From Myxococcota bacterium (GTDB lineage: Bacteria > Myxococcota > XYA12-FULL-58-9 > JALHOP01): 64,000 nt of DNA. Location: contig JBGGMJ010000089.1 in assembly GCA_041288095.1 (NCBI GenBank), positions 9,517-73,516 of the forward strand. The letters are read 5' to 3'. The notes beneath the pieces were generated by a model, which ran no database searches, had not been told where the DNA came from, and saw nothing but the letters and a program-made list of their open reading frames with translations. Below are positions 48,349-57,667 of this stretch, piece by piece. Within the stretch, counting starts at the first letter, position 1, and each line of letters starts with the position of its first letter. A program made the position numbers and the translations under genes.

Positions 48349-50511
48349 TCAGGGAGGCAGTCGCTGGTCCGACAACTTCACCCGCGTGGTGACTCCTTTG
48401 TCGCTCGCGTGCTGGGCAGCGGTGTACGTGTACGCTCCAGCGGTCACGTGCCATCCGCGCGCGGCGGTGTCGTAGCGAGCGAGGAGTCGCGGATCGACCT
48501 CCACGCTCACGTGTTTGCGCTCGCTGGGTGCCAACTCGACACGCGCGAAGCCGACGAGCCGCGCTTGGCCGCCGGGAGGAGTCGCGTAGATCTGCGGAAC
48601 CGCCACTCCGGCGCGGCCGCCGGTGTTGACGACGTCGAGCTCGACATGGGTACCGTCGCTCTTGAGACCCTCGAGCGCGAAGCGCGTGTACGAGAGGCCG
48701 AAGCCGAAGGGAAAAAGCGGTTTCGTCTTCTTGGCCGCGAACCATCGATAGCCCACGTCGGCGCCCTCGACGTACTTCACCTCGAAGGGCTGAAGCTTGG
48801 TTGCATCCGCCTGGGGTCCCGCGCGGAGGGCCTCGGCAAGACCATCGAGCTTCGGTCGCGGCAGCTGCCGTTCACCGGCGGGAAAGGTGATCGGCAGGTG
48901 GCCGGATGGGTTCACCTCGCCGAGGAGCAAGCGAGCAATCGCCTCGCCGCCGGCCTCGCCCGGATACCAGACCTCGAGCACCGCGCCGACGCGATCGAGC
49001 CACGGCATGAGCACGGGGTTGCCCGTCTCGAGCACGACGACGGTGCGCCGATTACTCTTGGCGACTGCTTCGATGAGCGCGTCTTGTCCGTCCTCGAGCC
49101 GGAGATCCCGCGCGTCCGTCCCCTCGACCGCCCACTTGGTCGCGAAGACGATGGCGACGTCGGCACCCTTCGCGACTTTGGCCGCGCGTTTCGCATCGCT
49201 GCCGTCGTCGTAGGTGATCTCCGCGTTCGGGAGTCGCGCCCTGAGCGCCGCCAGCGGTGATGAGCCATGGTAGGTGACGCAGAAGTAAGCGCCTTCGTAC
49301 ATGGGGATCTGGATGGGCGTCCCCGCCGCGGCCCGCACCTGCGACGAGCCACCGCCCGACAGGACACCAACGTCGGCGTGTCCGCCAATGAGGACAACGC
49401 GCTTCACGTCCGGCGCGAGGGGCAGGATCTCGTTCTTGAGCAGCACCGCGCCCTCTTCGGCGACCCGCTGCGCGACGCGTGCATGCGCGGCATAGTCGAT
49501 GTTCGTGGACGGCGCGGCGACGGGCTTGTCGACGATGCCCACGGCGATGATGCTCCGGAGAATGCGATGCACCATCGCGTCGATCCGCGACTCCTTCACG
49601 TCGCCACGCTCGAGCGCGGCCGCGAGCGGCTGCCCCCAATGGATTTCGGTGTCGAATTCCATCCCCGATTCCTGATCGAGACCGGCAACGAGCGCGTCCA
49701 TCGTGTTGTGAAGAGCAACCCAGTCCGACATCACCCAGCCGGGGTACTTCCAGTCCTGCTTGAGCACCTGCGTGAGGAGAAACTCGTCCTCACACGCGTA
49801 GCGGCCGTTGACACGGTTGTACGCGCACATCACCGACGCGGGACGCCCGTCTTCGATAGCGAGCTGGAACGCGAGCAAGTCGCTTTCGCGGAGCGCCGCC
49901 TCGTCGATGCGGGCGGACAAGACCATGCGCCCGGTCTCCTGGGCGTTGAGGGCGAAGTGCTTGACGGTGGACGCGATAGCGTTCGACTGGATGCCGCGAA
50001 TGGTTGCGCCGCCGATCTTGCCGGCAAGCCACGGGTCCTCGCCGAGATACTCGAAGTTGCGGCCGTTGCGCGGCTCGCGTGTGAGATTGACGCCGCCGGC
50101 GAGCATGACGTTATAGCCCTTGGAACGCGCTTCGCTGCCGATCATGGCGCCGGCGTCGTAGGCGGCCTGGACGTCGAACGACGCCGCGGTCGCAAGCCCC
50201 GCTGGTAACGCCGTTGCAACATCACCCTTGCGGGTGTCCGCTTGATTGGCGACGCCGAGGCTCGCGTCGGTTTCGAAGAGCTCGGGAATCCCCAGGCGCG
50301 GGACGCCCCGCACGTACCCCGCTCCCACGAGCGCCTCTTTCGGCCGCTTGGTGATGGCGACGTAGCCGCGGACGAGGCGCAGCTTCTCCTCGCGGGTCAT
50401 CGCTTTGACCCACGCCGCGGCGCGCGCATCGGGGGTTGCCTTGGTGTCGAGCCATGGCTTGGCGTCGGTGGGAGCGAGCAGACAGACGCTCAGAGCGAGG
50501 GCGAGTTGCAT
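48349..50511 (-). CDS. Secreted GH3 beta-glucosidase
   Basis: Signal peptide; GRNFEYLGEDP, KHF, MCAYN, VMSDW nucleophile, FPFGFGLSYT, Fn3-like tail. Confidence 0.93.
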   Translation of the reverse strand: MQLALALSVCLLAPTDAKPWLDTKATPDARAAAWVKAMTREEKLRLVRGYVAITKRPKEALVGAGYVRGVPRLGIPELFETDASLGVANQADTRKGDVATALPAGLATAASFDVQAAYDAGAMIGSEARSKGYNVMLAGGVNLTREPRNGRNFEYLGEDPWLAGKIGGATIRGIQSNAIASTVKHFALNAQETGRMVLSARIDEAALRESDLLAFQLAIEDGRPASVMCAYNRVNGRYACEDEFLLTQVLKQDWKYPGWVMSDWVALHNTMDALVAGLDQESGMEFDTEIHWGQPLAAALERGDVKESRIDAMVHRILRSIIAVGIVDKPVAAPSTNIDYAAHARVAQRVAEEGAVLLKNEILPLAPDVKRVVLIGGHADVGVLSGGGSSQVRAAAGTPIQIPMYEGAYFCVTYHGSSPLAALRARLPNAEITYDDGSDAKRAAKVAKGADVAIVFATKWAVEGTDARDLRLEDGQDALIEAVAKSNRRTVVVLETGNPVLMPWLDRVGAVLEVWYPGEAGGEAIARLLLGEVNPSGHLPITFPAGERQLPRPKLDGLAEALRAGPQADATKLQPFEVKYVEGADVGYRWFAAKKTKPLFPFGFGLSYTRFALEGLKSDGTHVELDVVNTGGRAGVAVPQIYATPPGGQARLVGFARVELAPSERKHVSVEVDPRLLARYDTAARGWHVTAGAYTYTAAQHASDKGVTTRVKLSDQRLPP

Positions 50512-50522
50512 GACGGGCGAGC

Positions 50523-51851
50523 CTACATCAGGTGCTGCAAGACCGTCGCAATCGCCAACGCACTCCCCGGCCGATTGTTGGGGTTCCGGTCGAGACAGCG
50601 CACGACCATGTTATCCAACGTCTTCGGCACGGCGATCCCCGCCACCGTGCTCGGCGGCCGCGGCGTGTCTTGGATCTGCCGCACAATCATCTCGGCCCAC
50701 CCCGAGGCCTTGAACGGCAGCTGCCCCGTGAGCATCGCGAACATCACCACGCCCAAGCTGTAGATGTCCGTGCGCGCATCCACCGGCTCTCCCATGAGCT
50801 GCTCGGGAGCCATGAACCCCGGCGATCCAACGACCTCACCCGCGACCGTCTGCGGCCTGTCGACTGGTGCCCCGCGGCGCAGCTTTGCGATGCCGAAGTC
50901 GAGCAGCTTCACGAAGTCCGGGGTCCCCGCGAGGTTCACCAGCATGATGTTCTGGAGCTTGAGGTCGCGGTGGACGATGCCCGCGCGGTGGACGGCGTCG
51001 AGCGCGCTGCAAAGCTGCTGGCCGATGACCACAATCCGCGATAGCGGCAACGGCCCCTTGCGCAGGAGCTCTTGGCTCAAGTTTGGGCCGACCAGAAGCT
51101 CCATGACGATGAACGCATGGTCCTCGCCGACGACGAGGTCGGTGATTTGCACGATGTTGTCGTGCGAGATCTGATTCACCAGCCGCGCTTCATCGTAGAA
51201 CCGTCGCAAGGCCGCGGGGTCATGCGCGTGCTCGTCTTTCAAGACCTTCACGGCAACCCGACGACCGAGCGCCGTGTGCTGAGCGAGAAATACCTCGCCC
51301 ATGCCGCCCGCCCCGATGCGGTCGAGGATCGTATACCGACCCAGCGTGTCGCCCTTCTTCACCGTCCGCGACACTTCCCGCGGCGGAGGAGGAGGCACGG
51401 CTACGGGCGGCGTGCTCGCCTCGAAAGGCGGCGGCGGCGGCGTCTCGCGCGCGGCCATCGGGTTCCGAGGGCGCGAACCGCCCTGCTGTGTCGACAGCTC
51501 CGCGACGTAAGCCTTGAGCTCCGCCTGCAGGCGCGGGTCGATGCCGAGGAAACGCATCCCCATCCCCGGTGGTCGGTTGCGACTCGACTCGGAGCGCTCG
51601 CGCGTCCACACCACCTGCACCCGACTCGTGATCTCGAGCGACGGGCCCAACGTGCTCGGCAACACGATGTCGACATCGACCTCCGCGCCCGGCCGCAATA
51701 GCGGCACGCCGGAGACGAACAGCCCTGTCTCGCTGATGTTGACGGTGCTCCAGCTCGGACGCTGCGCTGCGTTCCGCGGCACCACGGGCGCGAGCACCGA
51801 ACATCTTGGTGCGGCCTTGAGTGAGGCGAAGCGCGTTCCAGTCTCGTCCAC
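50523..51851 (-). CDS. PilZ-like domain - Ser/Thr kinase fusion, copy 2
   Basis: KAAPR, NISETGLFV, GMGMRF; GAGGMG, HRDLKLQN, DFG, FMAPE; colinear with 25555-26946. Confidence 0.9.
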   Translation of the reverse strand: MDETGTRFASLKAAPRCSVLAPVVPRNAAQRPSWSTVNISETGLFVSGVPLLRPGAEVDVDIVLPSTLGPSLEITSRVQVVWTRERSESSRNRPPGMGMRFLGIDPRLQAELKAYVAELSTQQGGSRPRNPMAARETPPPPPFEASTPPVAVPPPPPREVSRTVKKGDTLGRYTILDRIGAGGMGEVFLAQHTALGRRVAVKVLKDEHAHDPAALRRFYDEARLVNQISHDNIVQITDLVVGEDHAFIVMELLVGPNLSQELLRKGPLPLSRIVVIGQQLCSALDAVHRAGIVHRDLKLQNIMLVNLAGTPDFVKLLDFGIAKLRRGAPVDRPQTVAGEVVGSPGFMAPEQLMGEPVDARTDIYSLGVVMFAMLTGQLPFKASGWAEMIVRQIQDTPRPPSTVAGIAVPKTLDNMVVRCLDRNPNNRPGSALAIATVLQHLM

Positions 51852-51901
51852 CGCTTGCTCCCAGCGACTCGATCCGGCGTCGATTCATGCCGACACGAGA
51901 G

Positions 51902-51930
51902 ATCGTATTCAGTGGCTCCCGCCAACGCAA
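51902..51930 (-). promoter_or_regulatory. Sigma-70-type promoter TTGCGT-N17-TACGAT
   Basis: Conserved with 27022-27049. Confidence 0.55.
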
Positions 51931-51983
51931 CCCGTCAAAACGGTCGCGACCTGACGGCGCGGCGGGCCTGTCCCGATGGCGCT

Positions 51984-52709
51984 CTACGATCCCGGAGCAC
52001 CGTCGCTGAGATAAGCCCCCTCGAAAAGGTGCTCGAGGTCCGCTAGCGCGTCATCGATCGAGAACGTTCCGCCCTCGGTAAACAGGTCGAGCCGCACCAA
52101 CGCGTTGGCGTTTGCGTCCTTCGTGGCCGCCGCTCGGATCGCTCGCGCGATGTGCACGTTGACCATGTGAACCGCCCGATAGGTCTTTTCGAGACCCTTG
52201 AGCGACCAATCGGCGTCGAGGCCGCGCCTCGCCCGCATGAGCTGCGCCAGGAGGAACATCGACGCTGCTCGATAGACCGTTTCGGTACGGTCAGCGAGCG
52301 GCAGGTGAAAGCGCACCATGGGGCGGAGCTTGTCCATCACGGGGCAGCCGGAGGTGACCATGTAGATGCCGGTCAACGAGCTCAAACCCGCCTGCAAGGT
52401 CGCATCGGCCTGGTAGGTGCGTTGCGTCGTCGTCACGGTGAGCGCGACCTTGTCGTACGAGACGCGGTCGTCGAACTTCTCGACGAGCTCGACCAGGCTC
52501 ACGGCAACGGGACAGTGCGTGTATCCCTGCCGCGAAAGCGGACAGCTCGGACAGCCCACGGCCTCGAGGCGCGTCCAGTCCGGCCGCGAGGGCTCGGTTG
52601 TCCGCAAGAGCGCCAGCGTCTTCGGGTCGAGGCGCGCGGTGATGCGGGTGACGGCGCCGTCCGTGAACGTAAACGCGTACGCGATGGAGATGGGCTCCGC
52701 AGTGTCCAT
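51984..52709 (-). CDS. Conserved hypothetical protein (DUF6901-like)
   Basis: WTRL...CPSCPL...CP, TSGCP, RPMVRFHLP, DANANAL..LD; family name recalled, not searched. Confidence 0.75.
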   Translation of the reverse strand: MDTAEPISIAYAFTFTDGAVTRITARLDPKTLALLRTTEPSRPDWTRLEAVGCPSCPLSRQGYTHCPVAVSLVELVEKFDDRVSYDKVALTVTTTQRTYQADATLQAGLSSLTGIYMVTSGCPVMDKLRPMVRFHLPLADRTETVYRAASMFLLAQLMRARRGLDADWSLKGLEKTYRAVHMVNVHIARAIRAAATKDANANALVRLDLFTEGGTFSIDDALADLEHLFEGAYLSDGAPGS

Positions 52710-52727
52710 GGGGGGTGGAGCATAGCG

Positions 52728-52755
52728 GAAATTGGACGTCGCGCACCCGCGATCG
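52728..52755 (+). promoter_or_regulatory. Weak sigma-28-like/ECF-like promoter GAAAT-N15-CGCGATCG
   Basis: Degenerate match 49 nt upstream of ATG 52805. Confidence 0.3.
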
Positions 52756-52804
52756 ACGCCCCCGTGTATGTGTCTTCGGGCCGCCACCCAGAGGGGAGCT
52801 TTCC

Positions 52805-53170
52805 ATGGCTTTTCCAGACGTTAGTGTGCCCGCACAGCGCGCCGCGGGAGTGACGCAGGTGCAGGCGACCAACAACCTTCAGGACCCTGTCGCGCAACAG
52901 ATCATCTCGACCCTACGGACCCTCGACCAACGCATCGAAGGTCGACTCGGCATCGATTGGAACCGCATGAACGAGACGATGTCTTACAATCCGCAAACGC
53001 GGACATTCCTGGTCCGCCCAAAGCCAGGCACCGAGCCGTCGGAATCGCACGCGCTCATCGCGCGCACGCTCGGCCAAAACCTAGGCATCAACTTCGGGTG
53101 GATCTTCTCGCGCGGCGGCCAAGAAGCCACGCGGACGTTCCAGGGCGCGCCGCAGAGTCGCGGAGCCTGA
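52805..53170 (+). CDS. Hypothetical protein
   Basis: ATG after GAGGGGAG; starts MAFPDVSVPAQRAAG; no signal peptide. Confidence 0.7.
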   Translation: MAFPDVSVPAQRAAGVTQVQATNNLQDPVAQQIISTLRTLDQRIEGRLGIDWNRMNETMSYNPQTRTFLVRPKPGTEPSESHALIARTLGQNLGINFGWIFSRGGQEATRTFQGAPQSRGA

Positions 53171-53171
53171 C

Positions 53172-54152
53172 TCAAGCGTCGTCGTTGATCAGATACCGAT
53201 GCGCCCTTTCGAAGGGCCAGTAGTACAAGACGTAGGTCGGCTTGTTTTCAGAGTCGTAGTACTGCTCGCAGACGACGCAATCCCGCGTGAGCTGGCCGAC
53301 GCGCTTGTTGTAGGCGTCGACCAGCTCCTTGCGTTGCGGCAAGTCGCGGTCGAGCGCGACGATGGCGTCACGGACCGTCAAGGCGTCTTCTTGAAGCTGG
53401 GCGACGGTGTTCCACCCCGAGGGCGCGTTCACCCAGTAGACCGTGGCTTCCGGCATGTACGCGCGGAACGCGTACGAAGCGCGGAACTGCAGCTCGATCT
53501 GCGTCGAGTAGTCGGCGGCGACCCGCGACCAGTCACCGCCGCGCTTGGCGACGAACGCGGCCGGCACCAGCGCCGCGTCGAGGGTGCGCCGGCGAATCGT
53601 CGCCTTGGCCTTGGCATTGCCATTCGTGGACTGAAGGTCGAGGTTGAGGTCGCCCTGCTTCGCCAGGTCCTCGAGCTTGACCTTGGCCTCGAAGGTCCCG
53701 AGGAGGTCGTTGCTCTTGAGCGAGTCGTAGTCGAAGAGCTCGAAGCGCAAGGTCACGGTGCCGGCCGCGACGTCGAGCTGGCTGTGTGAGAGCGTGAACG
53801 GCTGCGGGTCTTTGACGTCCACCCACTGGTTCTTCCCGGCTTTGACCCAGGGCATGCGCGGATAGTCGGCGACGCCGATGAAGAGCTCGCCCTTGCCGAA
53901 GACTTCGCCGACCTTCGTAGCGCTGAAGCCGGTGACCGTTACAGCGTACAGGGCGTGATCGTGGCGGCTGGGATCGGGTTGCGAAACGATGGCGTTGGTG
54001 CGTCCGACGCCGTGTACCCACGACGGTCGGTCTGGACCGATCGAGAGCTTGTCGACAGCCGCGGTCTTGGTCGTCGCGATTTGCGCGGGGCCCGAGATGA
54101 TGGGCTTCTCGCCGACGAGGACCTTCGCGGAAGTGCGGGTGACGACGTTCAT
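53172..54152 (-). CDS. Protein with a C2-like domain
   Basis: TLRFELFDYDSLKSNDLLGTFE resembles the C2 Ca-binding loop 3; ATG after GGAG. Confidence 0.65.
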   Translation of the reverse strand: MNVVTRTSAKVLVGEKPIISGPAQIATTKTAAVDKLSIGPDRPSWVHGVGRTNAIVSQPDPSRHDHALYAVTVTGFSATKVGEVFGKGELFIGVADYPRMPWVKAGKNQWVDVKDPQPFTLSHSQLDVAAGTVTLRFELFDYDSLKSNDLLGTFEAKVKLEDLAKQGDLNLDLQSTNGNAKAKATIRRRTLDAALVPAAFVAKRGGDWSRVAADYSTQIELQFRASYAFRAYMPEATVYWVNAPSGWNTVAQLQEDALTVRDAIVALDRDLPQRKELVDAYNKRVGQLTRDCVVCEQYYDSENKPTYVLYYWPFERAHRYLINDDA

Positions 54153-54247
54153 GGCGAGACTCCGGCCCGTGGGGAGGCCGCTAGAAACAACGGATTGAGT
54201 GGAATTTGCCGGCGCTCGTGAAAATGAGGCCGCGGGGAGAGCGGTGC

Positions 54248-54274
54248 TTATCGCGGGTCGTGTCGGTCCGTTGC
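54248..54274 (-). promoter_or_regulatory. Sigma-28-like promoter GCAAC-N14-CGCGATAA
   Basis: Reverse complement read directly; 95 nt upstream of ATG 54152. Confidence 0.6.
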
Positions 54275-54338
54275 GACAATGTGTCAGGGTTCATCGAGTT
54301 CGATTGAGAGCGCCTGGCAAGCTCACTCCTGGTCGACC

Positions 54339-55442
54339 TCAGAGCTGCTCAGCGCCGTCGAACACCACCATCTGCCCGATCATCGACGCGTGCTGGGCAT
54401 CGACCCAGGCGCTCGAGCGCGGCACGTTCGAGATGCGCAGCTCGTCCATATCGCCGGCGAAGAGGTCGTCAGTCACCCAGTTGGATCGGCCGATGAAGTT
54501 CATCGTGCGCGTCACCGGTGACGGCAAGGGAACGCTCGCGGCGCTGCCGAGAGGCGTCGCATCTTTGTAGAGGGTCGCGACTCCGTCGGGTGCGTGGGAC
54601 ACCACGAGATATTGCCAGGCGCCGACGACGAGGACGCCCGGCTCGCGAAACTGATAACCCGGATCGTGGACTTCGTAGGTCAGCTCGTCGCTCAGGCCCC
54701 AGCGGTAGAAGACGATATTGTCGATGGCCTCGCCGTTTCCGAAATCGACGACGCGGGCATAGTTCGTGGACGCGTTGGGGCGCACCCAAGCCTCGATGGC
54801 GAGACCGCCGGCAAACCCAGAGAAACCAGCAGGTACCGACAGGTGGCCGTCGCTGCCGTTGAAGCTCGCGTGCGTGCCCAGAAACTCGCCGGCGAAGGTG
54901 ACACCGCTGTTGATTGCCGACGTCGCCGGGAGCGCCGAGCTCGCGTCGGCGAAGTGGTAGACGGCGATGTACCCGTGCCGCCAAACAGCGGCGGGATCTT
55001 CGATGCTCCCAGCCGTGCTGTTGCCGTAGTACAGCCAGACGTCGTGGTTCACGCCCGCGGCGAGAGCGGGCAGACGCAGCCACACGTACGAATCGCCACC
55101 GGCCTGCCACTGCTCGATTTCGTGATCGAGCAGCGCGCCGTCATCATCGATGAACCGCAGGTCCGCTCCACCGGGACGCACCGCCGCGTAGTCGATGCGC
55201 GACGGATCGAGGCGGACGAGCACCGGGAAATCAATGAGCGCCTCCGCGCGCGTCTCGTTCATCACCACGAGGTGCGTGCGGCGCTCCCACGCTTGCATGC
55301 CTGACGGCCACGACGAACGATTGCCATCGGGCGGCAACGCCGTGCGACCGCAAGCGACGGCCGTCGTGAGGAACACGATGCGCAGTAACGGGGTCACTGA
55401 CGCGTCGACGCTGAGTCGCGAATGCAACGGAGCTGACGCCAT
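54339..55442 (-). CDS. DUF2341 plus LamG/ConA-like lipoprotein
   Basis: AVACGR lipobox; DFPVLVRL, DLRF, HEIEQW, LYYGN; GDMDELRIS; start may be GTG 55397. Confidence 0.85.
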   Translation of the reverse strand: MASAPLHSRLSVDASVTPLLRIVFLTTAVACGRTALPPDGNRSSWPSGMQAWERRTHLVVMNETRAEALIDFPVLVRLDPSRIDYAAVRPGGADLRFIDDDGALLDHEIEQWQAGGDSYVWLRLPALAAGVNHDVWLYYGNSTAGSIEDPAAVWRHGYIAVYHFADASSALPATSAINSGVTFAGEFLGTHASFNGSDGHLSVPAGFSGFAGGLAIEAWVRPNASTNYARVVDFGNGEAIDNIVFYRWGLSDELTYEVHDPGYQFREPGVLVVGAWQYLVVSHAPDGVATLYKDATPLGSAASVPLPSPVTRTMNFIGRSNWVTDDLFAGDMDELRISNVPRSSAWVDAQHASMIGQMVVFDGAEQL

Positions 55443-55476
55443 ACGTGAAGGCTAGCACGGTGCGTCGCGGCTAGCC

Positions 55477-57555
55477 CTACCGTTGATTGAGCGGCCCGAG
55501 CTTGGCGACGAAGCCACCGTTACGCGCGAGCTTCACCGTGAGCGGTGTGCCCGGATACAACGTCGAGCTGGTGCGCCGGTAATCCGCGGCCTTGGTGTCG
55601 GCGTCCGGCCCGTCCTCTATCGCGGTCATGCGAACAGCGCCCGTCAGAAAGCTCGTGTCGAGCTCGAGGCTGCGTGCCGGCCCCGCCGCGAGCACCGCGA
55701 GGTACCAGGTGTCACCGCTGCGCTTGGCGACCGCGAAGGTCGAATCGTCGACGTGCAACACCCTCGATTCGCACCAGGTCGCCGGCAGCCGCGTATAGAA
55801 GTCGAGCATGGCGGGGTCGGCCTCGACCTGGGCCGGGTCACCGCCGAAGACCTGCAAGACCCCCGGGTAGGCAAGACGCGTGGCGAGCTCATTGGCGCGC
55901 GTGCCTTGCGCCTGCACGCGTGGCCGCGTCGCCACGAACGTCTCCGGCTGCGCGTTCAGCATGCTGCCGCCCTCGTAGTCGAAGGGCGCGTACGAGCGGA
56001 TGGTGGCCAAGTCGATGCGGTGCTGAGGCGAGACCGTCCGCGACCAGCCGTTGAACTCGTGGGAGAGCGCTGCTTCCCACCCCACGACGTTGGGATAGCG
56101 CAGGTGCAGGCCGGTCGGCTTGCCGACACCATGGTAGGAGACGAGCAGACGGTGACGCGCGGCGGCGGCGGCGAACGTCTCCATGAACCGATGCATGGCC
56201 GCGTCGTCGCGATTCATGAAGTCGACCTTCACCCCGGACACACCGAGCTTCGCAAAGAAGTCGAGGCTCGCCGCGATGTCGCGCGACACCGCGGTGTGCT
56301 GCGCCCAGAGCAACACGCCCACGCCCTTCTGCTTGCCATAGCGGATGACCTCTTCGAGATCCAAGGCCGGGTTGCGCTTCGTCCAGTCGCTGGCGTCGCA
56401 CCAGCCGTCATCGACGATGATGTGCGAGAGGCCGGCGCGCGCGGCGAAGTCGACGTAGTACTTGTACGTCGGCGTGTTCAGACCCGGGGTAAAGCCGACC
56501 TTGGCGGGGTCGAGGCTCGGCTTCGCTTCGATCATCCACTCGTCGGTCGCCGTGACGTGCGGTGGCACCCAGGAGAAGTCCTCGGCCGCCGCCGCCGCGA
56601 TGCTCTCGTCCGCGAGCCGCGCCATGAAATCACGGCCGACGAGATCGGCAAGCGAGCGGCCGACCTGGAGGACGCGCCAGGGATACACGCGCGTGCCCTC
56701 GTTGCTCTCGACGAGGTGGGCGTGGCGCTCGGTGACGGTCTCGACGCGCCAAAACTTGAGGGCCTCGGTGACCTTCGTCCGCTTTGGCGCACCCGGAGCG
56801 TCGAGCATGAAGCCGCCTTCGGGGACGCGCTTCATCCAAGACCCCGGGTAACCCAAGACCTGCGCTTCGCTGACACCGACCCAATGATCGTTGCAGCGGA
56901 AGACCGCCGGCATCTGCGCCAAACGGAACGACGTGACATCACCGACGCGGCGCCTGGTGAACGGATGCTCGTAGCTGTCGTGATAGGCGTCGCCGGCGAG
57001 GGCACTCTCGAGGGCGTTCGGCATCATCGCCCGCATCTCGGCGGCGTCGTTGAACGGCAAGGTGAAGGTCTCGCCGGTGACGGTCACCGGTCCATCGGCA
57101 TGACCGCGAAAGCGCAATGCAAGACCGTCGTTGGCGACCCGCACTTCCAGGGACAACGTCGGCGTGAGACGCAAGGACGTCTCTTCGAAGCGATCGGGAA
57201 TAGCGCTCGCCCACAGGGCCTGCGGTGGCCGCACGGTGCGATTCACCGAGCGTCGGCTGACCCCGAGCGGACGGGCCGGGGTACCGACGCCACCATACTC
57301 GCGCGTCACCAAGTCGAGTTGGCCCCCGGCAAGCACCGGGCGGCCGTCGACGATGACGCTGTAGGCAAGCGAGGGCGAGAAGCGGACGACGCAGCGGATG
57401 CGACCGTCGGGCGAGCAGGTCTCGACTGGGGCGACCGCGCGAGCTCGTGGAAGCGCCGGTAATGAAACGGCCAGGGATGCCTGAGCCCCGCGTGAGGCGA
57501 CGGCCGGCTGCGAAAGGGGCGTCGCGGAGGGTCCGGTGGGGCGTGAGATCTGCAT
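55477..57555 (-). CDS. Glycoside hydrolase family 97 with a low-complexity N-terminal leader
   Basis: SPDG, RVANDGLALRF, PWRV, YKYYVDFAA, VDDGW, GVKVDFMNRDD, YHG..KPTG..YPN, LARNGG. Confidence 0.88.
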   Translation of the reverse strand: MQISRPTGPSATPLSQPAVASRGAQASLAVSLPALPRARAVAPVETCSPDGRIRCVVRFSPSLAYSVIVDGRPVLAGGQLDLVTREYGGVGTPARPLGVSRRSVNRTVRPPQALWASAIPDRFEETSLRLTPTLSLEVRVANDGLALRFRGHADGPVTVTGETFTLPFNDAAEMRAMMPNALESALAGDAYHDSYEHPFTRRRVGDVTSFRLAQMPAVFRCNDHWVGVSEAQVLGYPGSWMKRVPEGGFMLDAPGAPKRTKVTEALKFWRVETVTERHAHLVESNEGTRVYPWRVLQVGRSLADLVGRDFMARLADESIAAAAAEDFSWVPPHVTATDEWMIEAKPSLDPAKVGFTPGLNTPTYKYYVDFAARAGLSHIIVDDGWCDASDWTKRNPALDLEEVIRYGKQKGVGVLLWAQHTAVSRDIAASLDFFAKLGVSGVKVDFMNRDDAAMHRFMETFAAAAARHRLLVSYHGVGKPTGLHLRYPNVVGWEAALSHEFNGWSRTVSPQHRIDLATIRSYAPFDYEGGSMLNAQPETFVATRPRVQAQGTRANELATRLAYPGVLQVFGGDPAQVEADPAMLDFYTRLPATWCESRVLHVDDSTFAVAKRSGDTWYLAVLAAGPARSLELDTSFLTGAVRMTAIEDGPDADTKAADYRRTSSTLYPGTPLTVKLARNGGFVAKLGPLNQR

Positions 57556-57564
57556 GGTCACGCT

Positions 57565-57592
57565 TTTTCCGCGCTGGCACCGACGAGGTTGC
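57565..57592 (-). promoter_or_regulatory. Sigma-28-like promoter GCAAC-N15-GCGGAAAA
   Basis: Exact GCAAC, -10 with two mismatches; 9 nt upstream of ATG 57555. Confidence 0.45.
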
Positions 57593-57667
57593 GCGAACGA
57601 GCGGCCCTCGAACCTGACCCGAGTGCACTAGAGCGCGTCAGGCCCGAACGTGGCATTGTCTGTGAGG

